DNA of 64,000 bases from a bacterium (GCA_030688365.1 JAUYIE010000020.1:16337-80336), one strand, 5' to 3'. Shown: positions 38,151 to 49,300, numbered from the stretch's first letter. A program made the numbers and translations. The notes: generated by a model not told the origin, from the letters alone.

Positions 38151-38624
38151 ATGTTTTCACAACGATTTCAAAAACCGAATCCTGATGAAATAACCGACCA
38201 GAAATGGTGGGGTGATGTGACAAGCGACAATGATGAAAAAAAATCATGGGAGGCACTTGTTGAAGGTCAACTTATGGTGGATGTATATGATCGGCCTGAT
38301 GCGATCGTCGTACGATCTCTGATTGCGGGGGTGAACGCTGAAGATTTGGATATTTCGTTAAATGATGACATGTTAACACTGCGCGGCATACGTAACGAAC
38401 ATGAAGAAGTCGCTGACGATCAGTTTTATCATCGCGAATGTTATTGGGGCACTTTTTCACGTACTATTATTATGCCGACACCCGTACGTCAGGAGAAAAT
38501 CAAAGCATTTTCTAAAAATGGTGTAGTAGTTATCATTTTACCAAAAGCAACGAGCGCGCAGGGGGGTATTTCTATTCGTACAGAAGATGAGTTTTTGGAA
38601 TATGAGCAAGATGACCAAGAATAA
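38151..38624 (+). CDS. Small heat-shock protein, Hsp20/alpha-crystallin family
   Basis: Alpha-crystallin domain motifs (LTLRGIRNEHEE..., GVVVIILPK). Confidence 0.8.
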   Translation: MFSQRFQKPNPDEITDQKWWGDVTSDNDEKKSWEALVEGQLMVDVYDRPDAIVVRSLIAGVNAEDLDISLNDDMLTLRGIRNEHEEVADDQFYHRECYWGTFSRTIIMPTPVRQEKIKAFSKNGVVVIILPKATSAQGGISIRTEDEFLEYEQDDQE

Positions 38625-38635
38625 AAAGTACTATT

Positions 38636-38666
38636 AAAAAATACCGCCTGTAGCGGTATTTTTTTG
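38636..38666 (+). terminator. Rho-independent terminator of the hsp20 gene
   Basis: ATACCGC-CTGTA-GCGGTAT hairpin followed by TTTTTTT. Confidence 0.65.
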
Positions 38667-38878
38667 AAGACGTAATAACGGTCATTGATCTCCAGACAAG
38701 AAAATGCAATCCTCCCGTATTTCAAGCCGGAGCCGGAAATGAGGAACATTACATCCCCATGCTTGTCGTGTCTGGAGGTCAATAAACACTCTTATGTATC
38801 CAGCCACCACTCTATCATAAGATGAGGTATTTGTCAAGAGTTGTTCTCGCTAACAGTGAATCATTTTCGTGTTCGCAG

Positions 38879-39874
38879 TCAAACAACCTTATGAATAGGA
38901 GTTTTTCCTTGAAAAACAGCAATGATACTTTCCGCGGCAATCGTAGACATCGCGTCCCGGGCTGTGGCACTCGCTGAAGCAATATGAGGCGTCATGACGA
39001 CATTTTTTAGTTCCTTAAACTCGTATCGATCATTTGGGTTGCAGTCAATATGTGGTTCACACTCCAGTACATCCAATGCATATCCTCCTAATTTTTTTGC
39101 ATATAAAGCGTGGAGTATAGCAGTCTCGTCAACGACTGGCCCACGAGCAGTATTAATAAGTAGCGCATCGTGTTTCATCAAACGCAGTGTTTTTTTGTTG
39201 ATGAGGTGTCGTGTACTGGGACAGAGGGGAACGTGAAGTGATATGACATTAGCTGTTTTTAATAATTTTTCTTGCGTACAAAAACGCGCTCCGTATTCTT
39301 TTTCAAATGTCATATCTCGTTTTCTGTCTGTGTATAGCACGTTCATCCCCATACCTTTGACCGCCATGTGTACTACCATCTTTCCAATATTGCCAAGTCC
39401 GATAACACCCAATGTCAGTGTATTGAGTGATCGTCCGATCATAAGGTTGGCATCCCACCCATGATATTTGTTTGCACGCATAAAGGCATCTGCTTCCACG
39501 ATCCTGCGAGACAATGCAAGAATAAGAGCAAATGTATGTTCGGCAACTGCTTCACTTACTTCTTTGCACGGCGTGTTGGCAATGATGATAGACTTTTTTT
39601 TGGCGGTTTCAATATCAATATTGTCATATCCAACGGCATAGTTTGAAATAACTTTAAGTTGAGGAGTGGCTGAATTCATGACGTCCTTGTCTATACGATT
39701 TGTAAGCAAAGTAATGATGGCATCGTATTGTTTGACCGCTTTAATGAGTGCTGTTTTTGAAATATTTATTTCCTTGGGTTGTATTTCCACACGATACCCC
39801 TTTTTTTTGAGCATAGTAATTCCAGGACCTGGGATAGGGCGAGTGACAAAAACACGAGGTTTTGCTAATTTCAT
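38879..39874 (-). CDS. D-isomer-specific 2-hydroxyacid dehydrogenase (glycerate/phosphoglycerate dehydrogenase-like)
   Basis: NAD-binding GxGxxG (LGVIGLGNIGK). The catalytic His region is ...VMTPHIASAS. Confidence 0.75.
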   Translation of the reverse strand: MKLAKPRVFVTRPIPGPGITMLKKKGYRVEIQPKEINISKTALIKAVKQYDAIITLLTNRIDKDVMNSATPQLKVISNYAVGYDNIDIETAKKKSIIIANTPCKEVSEAVAEHTFALILALSRRIVEADAFMRANKYHGWDANLMIGRSLNTLTLGVIGLGNIGKMVVHMAVKGMGMNVLYTDRKRDMTFEKEYGARFCTQEKLLKTANVISLHVPLCPSTRHLINKKTLRLMKHDALLINTARGPVVDETAILHALYAKKLGGYALDVLECEPHIDCNPNDRYEFKELKNVVMTPHIASASATARDAMSTIAAESIIAVFQGKTPIHKVV

Positions 39875-39886
39875 AACAGGGAGAAA

Positions 39887-40825
39887 TTATGATTTACGTG
39901 CACTACCAAAGAGTGCGATTTTTTTGGCAACTATGTATGCGACGAGGTCGCGGGATTCGCTTAATATGTCGCGCGGGTCATATGCATGCGGTTTGGCTAA
40001 CAACGCATTACGCATTCCAGCAGTAAACGCGAGTCGTAAATCAGAGTCAATGTTGATTTTGTTGATGCCAAGTTTGATCGCTTTTTTTATTGCTGTATCG
40101 GATACACCATGTGCCCCTGCTACACGTCCACAATCATGTAGATCAGAACATTTGTGATCAAGCATGTCGGTGATACGGTGTGGTATACCACTCGCGCCAT
40201 GAAGTACGAGAGGAAGGTGAGTATTTTTTTTGATTTCAGAAAGTCGTTTGAAATCAAGGATCGTTTTATTTTCAAATTTAAACGGCCCATGTGCGGTACC
40301 GATAGAGATTGCCAAGATATCAATATCACTATCGTTGACAAATTGTGTTGCTTGGACTGGATCCGTAAAAAAAGCTTCACGCGCCGCGATATCTATCGTA
40401 TCTTCCTTACCTTTGATAGCGCCTAGTTCCGCTTCTACCGATATACCTTTCGCATGTGCCCATTTGACCACTTGTTGTGTTTTTGAAAGATTTTCTTTGT
40501 ATGGTAATGCCGATCCGTCAAACATGACAGATGTCCACCCCATTGCAATGCATTGTTTTATTGTTTTGAGATTTTTCCCATGGTCCAAATGCAGAGAGAT
40601 TGCAATAGGATATTTTTTGGCTGCTGTAGTTACCATTGCGTACAAAAAATCCATACCTGCATATTCTATCGCACCTTCCGACGTCTGTATGATAATAGGA
40701 GAACGCAATTTTGTGGCAGATTCCATGATACCTTGGAGTACTTCAAGATTGTTGATGTTAAATGCAGGTACGGCGTAGTGCCCTTTGTATGCTTTTTTTA
40801 ATAATTGGCCGGATGTGACAAGCAT
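39887..40825 (-). CDS. fba: Class II fructose/tagatose-bisphosphate aldolase
   Basis: LHLDHG and VMFDGS motifs, zinc-binding histidines, and the GAxxG region of class II aldolases. Confidence 0.8.
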   Translation of the reverse strand: MLVTSGQLLKKAYKGHYAVPAFNINNLEVLQGIMESATKLRSPIIIQTSEGAIEYAGMDFLYAMVTTAAKKYPIAISLHLDHGKNLKTIKQCIAMGWTSVMFDGSALPYKENLSKTQQVVKWAHAKGISVEAELGAIKGKEDTIDIAAREAFFTDPVQATQFVNDSDIDILAISIGTAHGPFKFENKTILDFKRLSEIKKNTHLPLVLHGASGIPHRITDMLDHKCSDLHDCGRVAGAHGVSDTAIKKAIKLGINKINIDSDLRLAFTAGMRNALLAKPHAYDPRDILSESRDLVAYIVAKKIALFGSARKS

Positions 40826-40835
40826 GTGAGTAAGA

Positions 40836-41828
40836 TTATAACTTTATAGCTTTGCATTTACTTTTTTTGATGCGAGCGAGAAGTGTCTTTTTTGTCATCA
40901 GACCTTCTTGTGGTCCGATATGTTCAATAACTGACGCAGCATTTACCGCACCCCAGACTAATGCATCGGCGATTGATTTTTCATGACACAGCGCCGCCAA
41001 AAATCCAGTAGAAAAACTATCACCCGCACCTGTTTTTTCAAGTACTTTTGCTGGGACATTTTTCATATGATATTGTTTCTTGCCATCAGAAGCATACGCA
41101 CCTTTATCTCCATCGGTGATAACAACAATGTCGGAACCTAACATGCGTAGTTGTACCATACGTTCTTCCATAGAACCCATCGTACGATCGCCGAGTAATT
41201 TTTCTGCTTCTTCTTTATTGACGATAAGTAGGTTTGAACGTTTTAGGATAGGAAGTAAAGATTTTGTACCTGCTAAGAGTTGATGTGTTCCAGGGTTGAA
41301 AGCGAGAAGTGCCCCTGTGTTATCAATGTGGTTTAATAATTGCTTGTGAACAACAGGAAATCCTTTTCCCATGGAGGTCAAATAAATCCATTTCGCGGTT
41401 GATAGTTTTGGAAGGTTGTATTTTCGGGGTTGATGGTATACCAACTCTGTGCGTTCAGTTTTAAAATTGATCGCGATAGAAAGATTACTTTGGCTCTTTT
41501 TTTGTACCAAGAGATATTTAAGTGAAACTTTTTCTCTTTTTACTAACTTTAGAATGTTTTTACCTATCTCGTCGTCTCCTATAGCACTGTAAAATGCAGC
41601 TTTCAGACCTAGCCGTGCCGACCCGACTGCATTGTTGCATGCGTTTCCTCCTATGACGGATTTCAGGCTCCTAATTGGAATTTTTTCCGCATAATTTAAG
41701 CAAAGCCAACAGTTCTCTCCATCAAGATTACAGAGAAGCGATGCGGTGTCTAATTGTACAAAATGGTCAAGAGAGGTATCGCCTATGGAAATAATATCAT
41801 AGACGTATCGGGTCGTTTTTTTAGACAT
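40836..41828 (-). CDS. PfkB-family carbohydrate kinase (ribokinase-like; 1-PFK/tagatose-6-P kinase-like)
   Basis: C-terminal GAGDSFSTGFLAAL motif. N-terminal GG-type motif (IGGNACNNAV). The start was set to MSKKTTRY. Confidence 0.7.
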   Translation of the reverse strand: MSKKTTRYVYDIISIGDTSLDHFVQLDTASLLCNLDGENCWLCLNYAEKIPIRSLKSVIGGNACNNAVGSARLGLKAAFYSAIGDDEIGKNILKLVKREKVSLKYLLVQKKSQSNLSIAINFKTERTELVYHQPRKYNLPKLSTAKWIYLTSMGKGFPVVHKQLLNHIDNTGALLAFNPGTHQLLAGTKSLLPILKRSNLLIVNKEEAEKLLGDRTMGSMEERMVQLRMLGSDIVVITDGDKGAYASDGKKQYHMKNVPAKVLEKTGAGDSFSTGFLAALCHEKSIADALVWGAVNAASVIEHIGPQEGLMTKKTLLARIKKSKCKAIKL

Positions 41829-41871
41829 GGGGTTTTCAACAAATGAATGAGTATACCTGTAGTATACCACA

Positions 41872-42204
41872 TTATTGTTTGTCTTTCTTTGATGCAATGG
41901 CGACGGCGCGTGTGAGACGCGTCAAGTTTTGATGTATCCGCTCCATACGAGCATAAATACGGAAAAGAAGATAGAAGATGAGAATAATAGAAAGATAAAA
42001 TACCGCATCTGCGCCACGTCCAACATGTAAAACTTGAGCTACAATGTTACTGATATTTGGATACCATACTGCAAAACCCATTGCTCCCCATAAACTAATC
42101 CATACAACAAAAATAGGGAGGGTAAAGTTTTTTTGTCTCAGTTTGCTTATCGCGTTAATGATAACGAGTCCCGCAATGATAGAGATGAGAAGTTGTATAG
42201 CCAT
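41872..42204 (-). CDS. DUF2304-like small membrane protein (GT2 partner)
   Basis: 110 aa with three TM helices. Directly downstream of the GT2 gene, a recurrent pairing. Confidence 0.5.
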   Translation of the reverse strand: MAIQLLISIIAGLVIINAISKLRQKNFTLPIFVVWISLWGAMGFAVWYPNISNIVAQVLHVGRGADAVFYLSIILIFYLLFRIYARMERIHQNLTRLTRAVAIASKKDKQ

Positions 42205-42206
42205 AT

Positions 42207-42935
42207 TTATGAAGAAAGTTTACTCCATATTACACGAGCGGCGATTTTTAGAGCATTGAGTGAATTTTGTCCTCGTGCTTGCGCTGCTACCATGATTTCA
42301 TCATTATATAACGTTGTTACAGGGACTTCCACATATCGCAATTTATGTTTGGCAATTTCATCCAGGATTTCCGATGCATGGGAGTAGCGATCTTGAACGA
42401 TTTGGATTTTATCCGCAGCATAGCGATTCATAGCGCGAAAACCATTGTGAGTGTCTGTCAAATTAAGTCCGGAAATGATATGAGTAAAAAGGATACCGCC
42501 TTTCAAAACAAAACGTCTCATAGCAGGTATCTTACTTGAATTGTCTATAAATCGAGACCCCAAAGCTATATCAGCTCGTCCTTCTAAAATCGGCTTAATC
42601 ATACTGGGTATCTGACTTGCAAGCATTTGTCCATCAGCATCAAAATGTACGATGATATGCGCGCCTTGTGCAAGCGCATAATCCATGCCGGTACGTAACG
42701 CAGCTCCTTGTCCTCGGTTGATGGGGTGTCTTAGGACATGTGCACCACCCAACGCTGCTTCCTTATCGGTACGATCCTTTGAACAGTCGTCCACAACAAC
42801 AATATTGGGAATATATTGCTTGACTTGTCGCACTGCTTCTCGTACACGCCGTTGTTCATTGTATGCCGGAATAACCGCCCATATTGAGGTATAGATCGCC
42901 GGTACCTTTGCTTTTCCTGTGGTTTCCTCGCTCAT
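42207..42935 (-). CDS. GT2 glycosyltransferase (polyprenol-phosphate sugar transferase-like)
   Basis: VIPAYNEQRRV, VVVDDCSKD and FDADGQ motifs. Confidence 0.8.
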   Translation of the reverse strand: MSEETTGKAKVPAIYTSIWAVIPAYNEQRRVREAVRQVKQYIPNIVVVDDCSKDRTDKEAALGGAHVLRHPINRGQGAALRTGMDYALAQGAHIIVHFDADGQMLASQIPSMIKPILEGRADIALGSRFIDNSSKIPAMRRFVLKGGILFTHIISGLNLTDTHNGFRAMNRYAADKIQIVQDRYSHASEILDEIAKHKLRYVEVPVTTLYNDEIMVAAQARGQNSLNALKIAARVIWSKLSS

Positions 42936-43058
42936 ATAGATATTTTGAGGGTTTTCTAAGTACCCCTATCCTATCAGTATATCGCTAATTTTGGCAAGAG
43001 AGATGAAATTATAGGGATTTTATGGTAAGGTACATCCACTATTATTTTTTATCTTTAT

Positions 43059-43877
43059 ATGTCTTCTACTATCGGGATTATTGGACACGGTTTTGTTGGT
43101 AAGGCGCAAGAGTTTCTGTTTAAAACAAAGGATCTTCCTATTTTGTATCATGACAAATTTTTGGAGAGTATGACACTAGAAGAGGTAGTACAAGAGACAG
43201 ATTATATATTTGTGTGTGTACCGACACCATACAAGGATGACGCGATTGATTTGACTATCATAGATGAGGTGATCGGGCAGATTGCCCCCTTGGCAGCAAA
43301 TACAAAAAAGATAGTTATTATAAAATCTACTGTGATTCCTGGTACGACAAGTACATATAAAAAAAAATATCCTGATTGTCATTTCGCGATGAGCCCAGAA
43401 TTTTTACGAGAAAAACATTATGAGGAAGATGTCATGAACCCCGATCGTATTGTTGTGGGAAGTGATGAAAAGGACATTGCCACACGCGTTGTTGATCTGT
43501 ATAAGATGGCGCTACCAGATGCGCACTACTTTGAATCAGATGCGACGTCGGCAGAAATGGTGAAATATATGTCAAATTGTTTTCTTGCGACAAAAGTGAT
43601 ATTTGCCAATGAGATGTTTGACTTGTGTGAGGTGTTGAACGTGGATTATGATACGGTGAAAGTAATGGTATCGGCGGATACACGCATCGGCGGATATATG
43701 GATGTGACCGAATGGCGCGGTTTTGGTGATAAATGTTTCCCCAAAGACATGATCGCACTTCGTGCATTGTTTAAAAAAATGGGAGTAAATGATGATCTTT
43801 TAAAAACCGTGTGGGAAAAAAATCTGCGTATCCGCAAAGTAAGAAATTGGGAGGATATTCCCTTTGTGAAGGGATAA
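43059..43877 (+). CDS. UDP-glucose/GDP-mannose dehydrogenase family protein, truncated (N-terminal and central domains only)
   Basis: GIIGHGFVG Rossmann motif. KSTVIPGTT. Catalytic GFGDKCFPKD. The roughly 100-aa C-terminal UDP-binding domain is absent, because the next gene abuts. Confidence 0.6.
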   Translation: MSSTIGIIGHGFVGKAQEFLFKTKDLPILYHDKFLESMTLEEVVQETDYIFVCVPTPYKDDAIDLTIIDEVIGQIAPLAANTKKIVIIKSTVIPGTTSTYKKKYPDCHFAMSPEFLREKHYEEDVMNPDRIVVGSDEKDIATRVVDLYKMALPDAHYFESDATSAEMVKYMSNCFLATKVIFANEMFDLCEVLNVDYDTVKVMVSADTRIGGYMDVTEWRGFGDKCFPKDMIALRALFKKMGVNDDLLKTVWEKNLRIRKVRNWEDIPFVKG

Positions 43878-43898
43878 CCTTTACTCTTCAAAAATTTT

Positions 43899-44372
43899 CT
43901 ATTCAAAAAAACTGTGCAAGAAATCGTGTTTGCGTAGAAAGGGGAGTTTTGTAAACCAACTATCCAGACCCCATGTTTGACCCGCGTTCATTGTCAATAG
44001 CGCGAGAAGCCCTGTGGCGTATATGATGTGATCGTCCACGATCAATGAATGAGCATCAGGATGTAACATACCCAGTGGAAGCCAATATAAAATCATCAAA
44101 AGAACACCCAATGCACTGGATAATCGAACACATACACCAAGAATAAGTGAAACACCCAAGAGTGTGAGCCCCCAAATATTGATGAAGTTTACAGTCGGAA
44201 GTATATCTGGACTTGCAAGCCAATGAAAAAAAATGGGTAGTGTTTTGGCGGAGGCGAGATACCCAGCAGCTGAAAATTTTGGGTTAAGCAAATGAGTAAC
44301 GCCTGCGTATAAAAACATCCAACCCATGGCGAGGCGAAAAAGGACGAGTGAAATTTTTTGAAACAGTGTCAT
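43899..44372 (-). CDS. DoxX-family membrane protein
   Basis: Four TM helices. The N-terminus LVLFRLAMGWMFLYAGVTHL is typical of DoxX. Confidence 0.6.
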   Translation of the reverse strand: MTLFQKISLVLFRLAMGWMFLYAGVTHLLNPKFSAAGYLASAKTLPIFFHWLASPDILPTVNFINIWGLTLLGVSLILGVCVRLSSALGVLLMILYWLPLGMLHPDAHSLIVDDHIIYATGLLALLTMNAGQTWGLDSWFTKLPFLRKHDFLHSFFE

Positions 44373-44415
44373 ACGAAAATGATAAATGGTTAGATGTGTG
44401 AATGATCATTTTTTG

Positions 44416-45645
44416 CTACTCTGGTGGAGAACATATTTCACAGTATTCACAGAGTTTGACATCTTTTCTGAAGGCACGCATCGCTTTTAAGGGTGGGAGG
44501 ATAGAGAAAAAATATCGCATGTCCGCCAGCCGGCGTAATGTCCATCCGATTGTACCGTAAAATGCAAGAGGCCCCATCAGTGTGACAGCCCATCCCTGGC
44601 CGACCGGCAATGAGTAATAAGGACGCTTGGCTTTATAGGATTCTTTTTTTGTGCGGGTGAGTGTATGTTCAATATTGTGGGCGGTCAATATCCCGTCATA
44701 GATTGCTGTTTGTGCCATGCCGACATACTGTGTCGCGGCACCATCACCAAGAATAAAAACACCGGGAAATTTTTTGGCTTGTAAGTATGTATCAACCATC
44801 ACTCTCCCTTGTTTATTAAACGTGAGATCTTTGATGGCTTGATAGAGGGTGTTTGGTTTTGTCCCCGCCGTCCAGATCACCGTACGTGTTTTTATCGCAG
44901 ATTCTTGCATGAAGAGTTGTTCAATGTTTTCTTTTACCATACGATGTTCGGTTATTATATTGATTCCCAACACACGTAGACGTTGTGCCACGCGCGCAGA
45001 CACAGACGCAGGAAAGGCGGGAAGGATGCGCGGTGCACCTTCTATCAAATCTATACTGATCAAAGATGTTGGAATATGATGTTGTAGCGCAAGTTTTTTT
45101 GTATACAATGCTAGTTCTCCCGCCAACTCAACACCACTTGCTCCACCACCGGCAATCACAAAATGCAACCGACATGTTTTCTCTTTTTTTGTCGCATGAT
45201 GTGTCTGACAATATTTAAACATCTCATGTAAATGTTTTTTTAGACGCAGAGCCTGTTCAAATGTAGTAAATCCAAAAGAAAACTTTTCAATGCCGGGAAT
45301 ATGAAAATATGCAGGCTCGGATCCTAACGCAATGACGAGAAAATCGCTGTCATAATGTTTCCCATTGAGTCCTGTCGCTCTTTTTTTACGAATATCAATA
45401 GCAGTGATCGTATCTATGACAATATTTAATTTTTTGTTGGGAAATATTTCACTTAGTGGCACGCATGCTTCAAGTGGAGATTGTCCGGTAACGATGCGAT
45501 AGAGGGCAGGTTGATATTCAAGATGTAGATTTTTTGAAATCAAAGTAATGTCTAATTTACAATCACGGAGTTTTTGTAATTCTTGTGCAACGGCGATACC
45601 GCCAAATCCACCGCCAATAATTAAAACTTTTTTCATATGAAACAA
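44416..45645 (-). CDS. ndh: Type II NADH dehydrogenase (NDH-2) / FAD-dependent pyridine nucleotide-disulfide oxidoreductase
   Basis: Two dinucleotide-binding motifs (KKVLIIGGGFGGIAVA and HFVIAGGGASGVELAGEL). Confidence 0.75.
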   Translation of the reverse strand: MFHMKKVLIIGGGFGGIAVAQELQKLRDCKLDITLISKNLHLEYQPALYRIVTGQSPLEACVPLSEIFPNKKLNIVIDTITAIDIRKKRATGLNGKHYDSDFLVIALGSEPAYFHIPGIEKFSFGFTTFEQALRLKKHLHEMFKYCQTHHATKKEKTCRLHFVIAGGGASGVELAGELALYTKKLALQHHIPTSLISIDLIEGAPRILPAFPASVSARVAQRLRVLGINIITEHRMVKENIEQLFMQESAIKTRTVIWTAGTKPNTLYQAIKDLTFNKQGRVMVDTYLQAKKFPGVFILGDGAATQYVGMAQTAIYDGILTAHNIEHTLTRTKKESYKAKRPYYSLPVGQGWAVTLMGPLAFYGTIGWTLRRLADMRYFFSILPPLKAMRAFRKDVKLCEYCEICSPPE

Positions 45646-45743
45646 TTATATCAAATATATGATATAGTTTATACTGGATTGTAAAAAATATATCTGGAAT
45701 TAACAGAGGATTATATATACTTTAATATACAAAATAAAATATT

Positions 45744-45929
45744 ATGAAGGAATTTGCTTTTACCTTTGATGTGATTGGTCACGGAAGAGCACCAACGCTT
45801 GTTGCGGCATATCTTATAAAAAAAGGTAAACGTGCGGTGAACGCTGAACGTTTTATAAAATTGAAATGCCAGTCTATACATTTAAATAATGCGCAACAAA
45901 AAACACTAGAGGATTTTAGTAAAAAATGA
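45744..45929 (+). pseudogene. Possible remnant of a dual-specificity phosphatase-like gene (61 aa)
   Basis: GHGRAPTLVAAYLI resembles the HCxAGxSRSxTxxxAYLM motif but lacks the catalytic Cys and the N-terminal half. Weak call. Confidence 0.2.
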
Positions 45930-46215
45930 TCGCTATCTGCGTATGAAAATTCATGTTAAAGAAACATTTAAGATAGTTTCAGTTCCTGTTGTAATTGCGT
46001 CGCTCTATTGTTTGTCTCTCGTGATCCTTGTTCTTTTTGGATTAAGTACTGTCGCAAGGGATTTGTACATTATTAGATGAAGCAAAAAAACGTCGTCATG
46101 AAATTTTGAATCTTGTTGTGGTATTCCTTAGTGTAGCTATCATCGGCTATATAATCTGGCTGTATGTGATTGTTGAATATACAGGGAAGTGGTTGTATAT
46201 TTGGGAGTAAAATTT

Positions 46216-46290
46216 TGGAGCGGGTAAGGGGAATCGGACCCCTATCTCGACCTTGGCAAGGTCATATAATAACCATTATACGATACCCGC
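46216..46290 (-). tRNA. tRNA-Gly, anticodon GCC
   Basis: Reverse-complement fold. Acceptor GCGGGTA/TACCCGC. Anticodon stem TGACC/GGTCG with loop TTGCCAA. T-stem AGGGG/CCCCT. Encoded CCA. The D-arm is AT-rich. Confidence 0.78.
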
Positions 46291-46366
46291 GTATGGTATT
46301 GCCGTACAGAAACTCTATCAATATGACAGCCAATCGTCAAGAGAAACAATGCGCGCGTGATGTGTA

Positions 46367-49300
46367 TTATTTTTTAGTGTTTGTTTTTCTTTGGATATAT
46401 ACACCACTTGCAAGAAAAATAATGCCAAAGAGCGATACGACACCGATTTGGGTGAGGGGTATTGGGGCGTTCGTGCCAGTGAGGGAGAGCGTTGTATTAC
46501 TGAGTGTTGATGTGTTTGTATTTGACGTTGTTATATTTGTGTTTTCTGAAACTACGAGATCATCAGTGGTGCGTGGAAGTATCCTGTATCCACTGCTTGT
46601 TTGACTAACCACCCCAGTTACCTGCACAATATCACCACTCGCGATTTTTATATGTGGTATACCAGTGGATGCTTTGACATATATTCGGGCTTCATCATCG
46701 CCATCATCAATATATATACTTGGCCATTGCACTTTGACTACGTCGCCTTGTAGACGAACCAGACTGCCTTCGTACTCTTCATTGACTTGGCTGGCAGTTA
46801 TATCATGCGGTGTGGGTGGTTGGCCGTGAGAAATAAGTGTGATATCACTTTTTTGTGAAACTTTGAGACGCTCTTCATTACTGATTTGAGACAGGACACC
46901 GGCTATTTTTATCGTATCACCGCGCGCGAGCGTGGGTATTTGATTTTTTGAAACATACACCTGTACGCCTGATCCTGCCAAGTAAAAAATATTCGCACCC
47001 AGTACGCCTGGTACTGATGCAACAACACCTTCGGTAACGATTGATGTGTTTAACGGAAAATCGCGTATCTGATCCAACGCTACTGTCAATCGTGATGAGG
47101 TATTTGCAGAGGATGTTGAATTTTTTGTACTTGTTGCGTGTGTCGTACTTGTGGACGTAGTGCCTTGCTGGTTTGAAAGAGTCACGGACAAATCAATGAC
47201 ATTTTCTTGTCCGGGAGTGACCATCTTTGACCAAACAAAATCGTTGTTGTCAGTGCGATTGAGACTTTGTGCTTCAGGTGCAGTTTCATAAAAAACAGTA
47301 TCAATCACATTTCCGTGTGTGTCGTATAGCACGACAGTGTCCGCGATATTGCGGAGTTGTATTTTTTCTTGTGCGGTGGTCAAGAGTAGATATCCATTCG
47401 CTGGTATCATTGTTGACGTGGAATATGTGTATGATTTTTTGCCCAACTGAAATGCCACACGCCATCTCGATATATCAACGGGCTCGTCAGAGGTGTTGAC
47501 AAGTTCAATAAATTCATCTGTATCTTTTCCTTTTGGGTTGGGAAATATTTCATTGATGACGATGGACGATATGATATTTATACTTTCTTGTGGAATCGGT
47601 GCATCCTTGATTTCGATTTCGTCAGTGGTGTCAGAAGGTGCAATGTTTTGTATCGATTCCTTGATGGTGATTGTCTTAGTGGTGATTTTTTTATTGGTAC
47701 CGTCAGTGACGGTCAGGCTGATTTTGTATCGGCCTGCTTTATCATAATGATGACTCAACGCGATTCCTTCACCTTTTTGTCCATCGCCAAAATCCCATGT
47801 ATATGTCAAAGGATCTTGTTCGGGGTCAATGGTATCTGATGCATCACATGGTATTTCTTCTAACACGGTACCGGTGGTGGGGACTTGCAAATCAAGGTCA
47901 GGTGGTTGATTTGCTATTGTCTTTATATTTTCTCCTCCTGGTGTTGGTGTTGTGGTCCATCCTGTCTGACCGTCGTTAAATAATACATACGATTGTCCTT
48001 GTATTGCTTTTTCTGTGTACGTAAAAACGGCATTTGGTTTTTCTCCATTAGGTTGATACAGTTTGATGCCGTCACCACCGGTGTTTTTGAGTGCAAGCCC
48101 GGTAACAGTACGCGATAATACAAAATAATGATGTGCAGGAATGATGGTTGATGTGAGTTTTTTTGCGTTGACGATGTATTTGCGCCCTGCATTGTTTATC
48201 ACCTCCCAATTCAAAAGATCAATGTCACTATCACCGCCGTTGTATAGTTCAATGAATTCGCCTTTGGTATCGGGACCGATAGGGTTTGGTAATAGTTCGG
48301 TGATACTGATGTTTTTGATAAAAGGTAATGTGTCGCCACCAGTCGGACTATCAGGGTCAATGATAACGTTTGAACTTCCTTTGGTGGGGTGTGCTGTGAT
48401 TTGAAAGTCAAAAGTGTTGTTGTATGTATTGGCACCATCTTTTACGCGAGCTACTGAAAACGGATCTTTGGCGACTGGTGCGTTATTTTGATCATTGTCA
48501 TCTGCCCAGTTTCCATATGCGACCTCATCAATAATATCGCCGGTCGGGCTTTTGAGGATGATAACATCGCCGGGGTTGTTTAGTTTTCCTTTTGGATTTT
48601 CTACGACAAAAAATCGTGTATTTGCGTTTGAGCCGATCGCACCTGCAAGTATTGTTTTACCTTTTGAGCCGTCTTCTATTGTCCAACCAGCAAGATCTAT
48701 GTTTTTGATGAGCGGATTGTATAACTCTATCCATTCTGTGTCGTCGTCTGTCGGGTCGGATACAAACTCGTTGATTAAAAGATCGCCTCTTGAAAATGTT
48801 GGTGGTGAGGTAGACGGTGTTTCGTTATGTGGTGGTGGAGTTTCATTCGATGGTGGCGGTGTTTCGTCGTTTGGAGGATCTTGTTCATCAGGTGGCGGTG
48901 TGTCATCGTCTAGTGGGGGAACATCATCATCGGGAGGGGTAGATTCTGATTCGTCGGGGATAGTACTAGCGTCATTGACCGCACCGATTGTGTTGCTCGT
49001 TGAGTGTTCTATCCAGTTTGTGTTTGTATAATCATTTATTATTGCGTCTATTCTTTCTAGTGAGTGAGTTGGCGCCGCCGGGATATATGTGAATTGTTCA
49101 ACAATCGTACCAGTATTGTCTTTTAGCGCGATAGATTCACCAGATTCATTGAGTGTTGACCACGCACTGTCTATTAGCGTGCCGGTAAATGCGGGATAGT
49201 CGGATGCTGTGTTTATGGCAACATCAGCAATCACTGCGTATTCACCCGGTTCAATGATCATGTCGCCTTGATATGCGTTAAGGCCATGATTGGTGTCATT

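Noticed and set aside
46170-46604. 144-aa plus-strand ORF spanning tRNA-Gly and the 3' end of the LTD protein gene
   Set aside because: It overlaps a well-folded tRNA on the opposite strand and the C-terminal TM anchor of the 1054-aa surface protein. It has no motif and is spurious.
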